A DNA stretch of 11,692 bases from Promethearchaeota archaeon (GTDB lineage: Archaea > Asgardarchaeota > Lokiarchaeia > Sigyniarchaeales > SOKP01): positions 1 through 11,692 of the forward strand of contig JBHLMP010000073.1 of NCBI GenBank assembly GCA_048938025.1. Reading direction: 5' to 3'. Under the pieces are notes generated by a model. That model did not search any database. It worked only from the letters and a program-made list of their open reading frames with translations, and had not been told where the DNA came from. Positions 6,284 through 11,692 of the stretch are shown here, piece after piece; position 1 is the first letter of the stretch, and each line of letters opens with the position of its first letter. A program made the translations under genes and the position numbers.

Positions 6284-7888
6284 TTATTCTCCACTACTTT
6301 TTGAGAGTCCTGATGCGGCAATTACATCATCAATCTTCAATATCATAGACGAGACTTCTGTTGCTGATTGTATTGCTTGAGTTAAAATGGACAATGGTTC
6401 AAGAACACCTAATTCTACCATGTTATCTGGTTTTCCAGTATCAATATTTACTCCATTGGCCTTACCGTCATCATTTTCATGTTTTGATCTTAATTCAACA
6501 ATTAAATCAACTGGATTATGACCCGCATTTTCTACTAATGTTTTTGGTATAATCTCCAAAGCATTAGCATAAATTTCTATTGCTAATTGTTCTCTACCAC
6601 CAATTGATCTTGCATATGCCCTTAATCGCTTTGCTAACTCTATTTCCGAAGCACCTCCACCGGGTAAAATATAAGGTAATTCTATTGCTGCTTTTACTAC
6701 TGATAATGCATCATGTAACATTCTTTCTGCTTCATCGACCACATGTTCGATTCCTGCTCTAATTAATATACTAACAGCTTTAGGATCAGCACATTCTGAA
6801 ACAAAGATCATATTGTCATCTCCGATTTTCTTTTCTTCAACTTTTCCAGAATTTCCTAAATCTTGTGGGGTAATCTCCAAAATGTTGTTAATAATTCTTG
6901 CATTAGTAGCTCTTGCTAGCTTTTCCATATCAGATCTTTTAACTCTCCTTATAGTAATTATATTCTCTTTAGCAAGGAAGTTCTGAGCTTTATCATCAAC
7001 TCCTTTCTGGCAAAATACAACGTTAGCACCTACTTCTTTTAACTTCGCAACGCGATTTTTTAACATATTTGCTTCTTCTTCAAGAAATTTATTTATTTGA
7101 TTAGGGGTCTGAACTCTTATTTCAGCATCAAACTCTGTTTTCTCAACTTCTAAAGAAGAGTTTATTAAGGCAATTTTTGCATTTTTAAGAGATTTTGGCA
7201 TCATTGGATGAACTATTTCTTTATCAACAATAACTCCATCAATAATATTAGAGTCTAAAAGGCTTTTTCCTTCTTTTTTGATTATCTGGATTTGATCCAA
7301 ATCAATGATATTATTATCACCACGTTGTTCTTTAATTTGATTAACTGCTTTTACAGCGATGTCAGCAAAATGCCTTTTTACACCCGTTATTAATTTACTA
7401 TTCATTGATGTTTCTGCAACTTTAGTTAATATGTTATTGTCATTGATATCTATTTTGATTGCGAGATCCTGTAAAATTTCTTTGCTTTTTAAAAGAGCCT
7501 TTCTATACCCTCTAAAAATTATTGTAGGATGTACTGATTGTTCCATTAATTCTTCTGCAAGATTTAATAATTCTCCAGAGATAATCACACTAGTCGTTGT
7601 ACCATCTCCAACTTTTTCATCTTGAGTTTTTGCCACTTCAACTATCATTTTAGCTGCTGGATGTTCAACATCAATAGTATCTAAGATGGTTGCTCCATCA
7701 TTTGTTATAGTGACATCTCCTAATGAATCAACAAGCATTTTATCCATGCCTTTTGGTCCTAATGTAGTTCTTACTGCTTCTGCTACTGCTTTTGCGGCGG
7801 CTATATTATTTTTTTGGGCATCTTTTCCACGTTTTCTTTCGGTCCCTTCTTTTAAAATGAGGATAGGAACACCTGACAATTGTGCCAT
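6284..7888 (-). CDS. ths: Thermosome subunit (group II chaperonin)
   Basis: [37 protein letters not shown] and ILKIDDVI motifs. Confidence 0.97.
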   Translation of the reverse strand: MAQLSGVPILILKEGTERKRGKDAQKNNIAAAKAVAEAVRTTLGPKGMDKMLVDSLGDVTITNDGATILDTIDVEHPAAKMIVEVAKTQDEKVGDGTTTSVIISGELLNLAEELMEQSVHPTIIFRGYRKALLKSKEILQDLAIKIDINDNNILTKVAETSMNSKLITGVKRHFADIAVKAVNQIKEQRGDNNIIDLDQIQIIKKEGKSLLDSNIIDGVIVDKEIVHPMMPKSLKNAKIALINSSLEVEKTEFDAEIRVQTPNQINKFLEEEANMLKNRVAKLKEVGANVVFCQKGVDDKAQNFLAKENIITIRRVKRSDMEKLARATNARIINNILEITPQDLGNSGKVEEKKIGDDNMIFVSECADPKAVSILIRAGIEHVVDEAERMLHDALSVVKAAIELPYILPGGGASEIELAKRLRAYARSIGGREQLAIEIYANALEIIPKTLVENAGHNPVDLIVELRSKHENDDGKANGVNIDTGKPDNMVELGVLEPLSILTQAIQSATEVSSMILKIDDVIAASGLSKSSGE

Positions 7889-8000
7889 TTAATTTTCACT
7901 TTCAAAATTTTAATTTTAATTATTTTCTTTATATAGATCTCTAAGTCATAAAATTAAAAAAGTTTACGAAAAATAACTAGTATTAAGTTGTTTAAAGGAT

Positions 8001-8020
8001 ATATTCAAAATTTTGAATAT
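8001..8020. promoter_or_regulatory. Perfect 20-bp palindrome ATATTCAAAATTTTGAATAT upstream of the thermosome gene
   Basis: Fully self-complementary, in the divergent thermosome / ATPase intergenic region. The sub-motif TTCAAAATTTT recurs at 7901-7911. Confidence 0.4.
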
Positions 8021-8264
8021 CTTATCTCTTTCTTTAAATAAAAAGAATAAGATTAGGAACAAACTTACTGTTATTATTTAGAGATTTAAAGACTTAATGA
8101 ATACGGGTTTTTTATCCTTTTATTGTAATAATAAAAATATAAACAAATTTTTACCCAAATTAAAATTTATATTAATTTTTTATGGAATTTGATTCTTTCT
8201 CTCTTTAAATTTTAGGGTTGTTTTTAATCTCAAAGAATTATTTATTGATAAATGAGATATAATT

Positions 8265-10046
8265 TTGATATCTTTTTTAATATTTTTGATTATAAGTTTA
8301 ATTTGTATATTAACAAATATTATTTTCTATATATACAAAAAAAGAAAATATTTGTTATATAAGATTAAAATTTTACTTTACATATTTTTTGGTTTTTCGG
8401 CAATCCTTTTTATAGTGAATATCCCTTTTTTTATTTTCAATCATTCAAATTATTTCATAGATAATGATTATGAATTTATTATTCCTATGATAATCTTTAA
8501 TCTATCAAATTTTATGTTAGGCATATCGATAATTCTATATCTTTTAACCTTTTTTCATTTTGATGAGACCATAATAGATCTTGATATACCCTCACAACTA
8601 GAATCTAAAAAGGGTAATATTCTTATAGGGAGAATTTTAAAGGGGAAAATTAAAAAAAAGAGATTTTTTTTATCTATTAAGGACCTTGAGAAACATATGT
8701 TTATTTGTGGAGCAACAGGTACGGGTAAAAGCAATTTTCTTCAAAATTTTTTAATAAATTTTACAAAAGTTCAAAACATCCCCTTTTTTTTAGTCGAATT
8801 TAAAGGAGAATACCATTTTTTACAAAAAAAAATCAATAATGTACTCATTCTTTGGCCTGGAGAGAATTTTTCAATAAATATCTTTAATCCTGAAAAATCA
8901 AATCCCATTATTCATGCTGAAAGAATATTTGATATTTTAAAAAGTGGACAGCTTCTAGATGATATTTCGGAATATTCTCCTCAAATGGAGAAAGTTTTAG
9001 TTGAAATATTGACAAAGGTTTGCCAAAGTAAAAATCTTCAAAATTGGAAAGGTTTTGAATACTTTTGTGGAGAATATCTTAAAGAAAATAAGGGGAATAT
9101 TCCGATGTTAAACCAAACTCTTATTAGTATTAAAAATCGAATAAGAAGATTTTCGACTGGACCATTGAATTCAATATTTCAAGAAAAAAAGGAAATTAAT
9201 ATAAACAAGTTATTTAAAAGAAATATAATCTTAGATTTGAGCTCAATCATTCGCTTAGGTGGTGAAAAAGAAGATGCACTATTTTTCTTAAATATGATAT
9301 TGAAATATTTATGGGATAAGAATTTATCTAAAGGAGCCTATAAATTCAAAGGTATTGAACACATTACAATAATTGAGGACGCTCAATACTTTGCTCCAAG
9401 GGATTTAATTAGAAAAAATAAACTAACTACTTATTTAGAAGATATTGCATTATTACAGAGAGGGACCGGGGAATGTTTAATTACTTTAGCCTCACGTCCC
9501 GATATCAGCAAAGAAATTCTTGCTAATAATGGAATCGTATTAACTTTCAAAAATCATATAGAAAAAGATATTATGTGTGAGTTGTTAAACCTTGATACGG
9601 AAAAAAAACATTATTTATCAATTTTAGAAGAAGGTCAGTGTATTATAAGGATAAATTCAATCAAAGAGCCCTTTTTATTAAAGATTCCACTAATAAAAGA
9701 TGAATCTCTATCCATTTCAGAGATATATAAAACTAATAGCCTAATTATGAAGTCAATTAAAAGTAATATCAATTCATTACCAAAAATTCAAAAGAAGAAA
9801 TTGTTAATTTATCTGAGAAAAATTTTTAATCTTTTTATTAGTAAAAGTAAAAAATTTTCTTCGATTTTTAATAAAAAGAACAAGAAAATAATAGAAAATC
9901 AAAACTTACCTTTTAAAAATAACCCTGTTTCAAATCAGTTGAATTTTGAAGAGAAAATTATAAATAAAAATTTAGAGAAACATTCTTTTGAAAATTTAAA
10001 ATCTTATATAAATAATTTATATAATCGGCAAATCAAAGAGGAATAA
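8265..10046 (+). CDS. Membrane-anchored HerA/FtsK/VirB4-superfamily ATPase (DUF87-like)
   Basis: About three N-terminal hydrophobic segments, then KHMFICGATGTGKS (Walker A), VEFKGEY, IILDLS, ITIIEDAQ (Walker B variant), LASRP and LEEGQCII. TTG start is uncertain. Confidence 0.8.
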   Translation: MISFLIFLIISLICILTNIIFYIYKKRKYLLYKIKILLYIFFGFSAILFIVNIPFFIFNHSNYFIDNDYEFIIPMIIFNLSNFMLGISIILYLLTFFHFDETIIDLDIPSQLESKKGNILIGRILKGKIKKKRFFLSIKDLEKHMFICGATGTGKSNFLQNFLINFTKVQNIPFFLVEFKGEYHFLQKKINNVLILWPGENFSINIFNPEKSNPIIHAERIFDILKSGQLLDDISEYSPQMEKVLVEILTKVCQSKNLQNWKGFEYFCGEYLKENKGNIPMLNQTLISIKNRIRRFSTGPLNSIFQEKKEININKLFKRNIILDLSSIIRLGGEKEDALFFLNMILKYLWDKNLSKGAYKFKGIEHITIIEDAQYFAPRDLIRKNKLTTYLEDIALLQRGTGECLITLASRPDISKEILANNGIVLTFKNHIEKDIMCELLNLDTEKKHYLSILEEGQCIIRINSIKEPFLLKIPLIKDESLSISEIYKTNSLIMKSIKSNINSLPKIQKKKLLIYLRKIFNLFISKSKKFSSIFNKKNKKIIENQNLPFKNNPVSNQLNFEEKIINKNLEKHSFENLKSYINNLYNRQIKEE

Positions 10047-10080
10047 ACTTTAAGATATTAAGATTCTATAAATAATATAT

Positions 10081-11292
10081 ATGACAATTACAGTAGGGAT
10101 CGTAGGAAAGCCTAGCAGCGGAAAAACTACTTTTTTAAATGCTGCTTGTTTAACCAATGCGAAAGTTAGCGAAATTCCCTTCACTACAATAGAGCCTAAT
10201 AAAGGTGTTACTTACATAAAAACGGATTGTGTGTGTAAAGAATTAAATGTTAGTGATAATCCTAAAAATTCTTTTTGTATTGATGGTTTTCGCTTTATAC
10301 CTATAAATTTATTAGATGTTGCTGGGTTAGTCCCAGATGCCCATAAAGGAAAGGGATTAGGTAACAAGTTCCTCAATGATTTGATTATTGCAGATGCACT
10401 TTTACATATTGTAGATATCACAGGAGCTCTTGATAAATCTGGTAAAAGGGTTTCAATAGGAGAAAATGATCCATATGAGGATATTTTATTTTTAGAGAAT
10501 GAAATAGATTTATGGTTTAAAGAGATTATTGAAAGAGAAGATTGGAAAAGATTCACGAAAGTAATTTTATCAGAAAAGAAAAAGGTTGTTGATGCATTAC
10601 ATGAGAGACTTTCAGGTATCAAAATAAATAAAAAGGAAATTATCTTAGCTTTAAAAAATTCTAAATTAGAAACTAAAAATCCATTAGCATGGACAGCTCA
10701 AGACATTTTACTGTTTTCAAAAAAGTTAAGAGCAATCTCTAAACCAATCATAATTATTGCAAATAAAATTGATAAAGAAATTAGTGAAAAAAACTTAAAT
10801 GGATTAAAGAGTAAATATAGTGGTCCAATTTTTCCATGTAGTGCTTTAGCAGAACAGGTTTTAAGAAAGTACCATGAAGATAAGATCATTGAATATCTCC
10901 CTGGATCAACAGATTTCAAAATTTTAAATCAACAAAAATTGAGCTCTAAAGAATTTGAAACATTAAACAAGATAAAGTATAAAATATTAAAACCTTATCT
11001 AGGAACAGGGATTCAAAAAGCCTTAAGTTTCGCTACATTTAATGTTTCAAATCAAATTTGTGTTTACCCTGTATCTGATATTAATACCTATTCAGATAAT
11101 AAAAATAACGTTCTACCTGATGCTTTTCTAGTTGAAAAGGGAACTTTATTAAGAGATTTTGTCAGGGATAAAATTCATAGTGATTTAGCTAAGAATTTTA
11201 TATTTGGTATTGATGCAAGAACAAAAAAACGGCTTGGAGAAAATTATGAATTAAAACACAATGATATTATTAAAATTGTGACTAACAAATGA
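10081..11292 (+). CDS. ychF: OBG-family translation-associated GTPase/ATPase (archaeal YchF-like) with C-terminal TGS domain
   Basis: GIVGKPSSGKTT, PFTTIEPNKG, DVAGLVPDAHKGKGLGNKFLNDL, ANKID, CSA, and TGS-like C-terminus (LPDAFL...IHSDLAKNF...YELKHNDIIKI). Confidence 0.92.
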   Translation: MTITVGIVGKPSSGKTTFLNAACLTNAKVSEIPFTTIEPNKGVTYIKTDCVCKELNVSDNPKNSFCIDGFRFIPINLLDVAGLVPDAHKGKGLGNKFLNDLIIADALLHIVDITGALDKSGKRVSIGENDPYEDILFLENEIDLWFKEIIEREDWKRFTKVILSEKKKVVDALHERLSGIKINKKEIILALKNSKLETKNPLAWTAQDILLFSKKLRAISKPIIIIANKIDKEISEKNLNGLKSKYSGPIFPCSALAEQVLRKYHEDKIIEYLPGSTDFKILNQQKLSSKEFETLNKIKYKILKPYLGTGIQKALSFATFNVSNQICVYPVSDINTYSDNKNNVLPDAFLVEKGTLLRDFVRDKIHSDLAKNFIFGIDARTKKRLGENYELKHNDIIKIVTNK

Positions 11293-11306
11293 ATTTGAGA
11301 GAAAAA

Positions 11307-11462
11307 TTACTCTTCTTTTGAACTTATTAGTATATATACTAGGATAATAATTAACAAAATAAGTCCAAATAATACGATTACGAAATTAAATAGTTCTATT
11401 TCATCATCTGAAGCTTGATACAAAAAAAGAAGTATTATTATCAGAAAGTAATAAAGTTTCAT
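11307..11462 (-). CDS. Putative small membrane protein (51 aa), absent from the ORF track
   Basis: ATG at 11462 to TAA at 11309-11307: MKLYYFLIIILLFLYQASDDEIELFNFVIVLFGLILLIIILVYILISSKEE. It converges on ychF with a 14-nt gap. Confidence 0.45.
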   Translation of the reverse strand: MKLYYFLIIILLFLYQASDDEIELFNFVIVLFGLILLIIILVYILISSKEE

Positions 11463-11630
11463 GTTACTAATAAATATTTAAAGAAAAATTTAAAAATTTA
11501 CTATTTTAAGTAATGACTATTTGGGGGGTTAATCCAATTTAAATAAAATCAGCAAATATTCTATTATTAATTTTAATTTAATTATCGTATTACTTTTACA
11601 GTCTTTTAATGGTAAACTTTTAAAAATAAA

Positions 11631-11692
11631 TGGACCTGACGGGAATTGAACCCGTGACCTCTTGAATGCAAGTCTTGTAAATCAAGCAAAAT
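11631..11692 (-). tRNA. tRNA-Ala(TGC), 3' part only (5' end outside the window), intron-containing
   Basis: The minus strand reads ..T-TGC-AT TCAAG AGGTC ACGGG TTCAATT CCCGT CAGGTCC A, with U70 and A73 as expected for Ala. The 5' anticodon stem strand (CTTGA) is not contiguous with the loop, which implies an intron. Confidence 0.85.

Noticed and set aside
6361-7892. Four short + strand ORFs within the thermosome gene
   Set aside because: Antisense shadows of a highly conserved gene.
10212-10919. Antisense ORFs 10212-10622 and 10698-10919
   Set aside because: Shadows of ychF.
1-11692. CRISPR array, IS element or provirus
   Set aside because: No regularly spaced repeats, transposase, integrase or terminal inverted repeats were seen.

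Overview
AT-rich archaeal chromosomal window, most likely Asgard/Lokiarchaeia. This is an inference from a Rab/Ras-like small GTPase, a tandem Roadblock protein, a group II chaperonin, archaeal RPA, Tsr3, aIF1 and BHB-type tRNA introns. Gene order: 5'-truncated RPA, PfkB kinase, hypothetical, aIF1/SUI1, small GTPase, a tRNA cluster (Asn, Glu, Leu), Roadblock protein, Tsr3, thermosome, membrane-anchored HerA/VirB4-like ATPase, YchF/OBG-family NTPase, a possible small membrane protein, and a partial tRNA-Ala. Two signals stand out. (1) The tRNA-Asn(GUU) at 3808-4002 only assembles into a cloverleaf after removing FOUR non-canonical BHB introns; one exon is 4 nt long, and the last two splice motifs overlap in a way that implies an obligatory splicing order. 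(2) The aIF1/SUI1 gene has no in-frame ATG/GTG/TTG upstream of its conserved N-terminal zinc knuckle and appears to start at AUU behind an SD-like GTGA, suggesting infC-like autoregulation of the start-codon fidelity factor.
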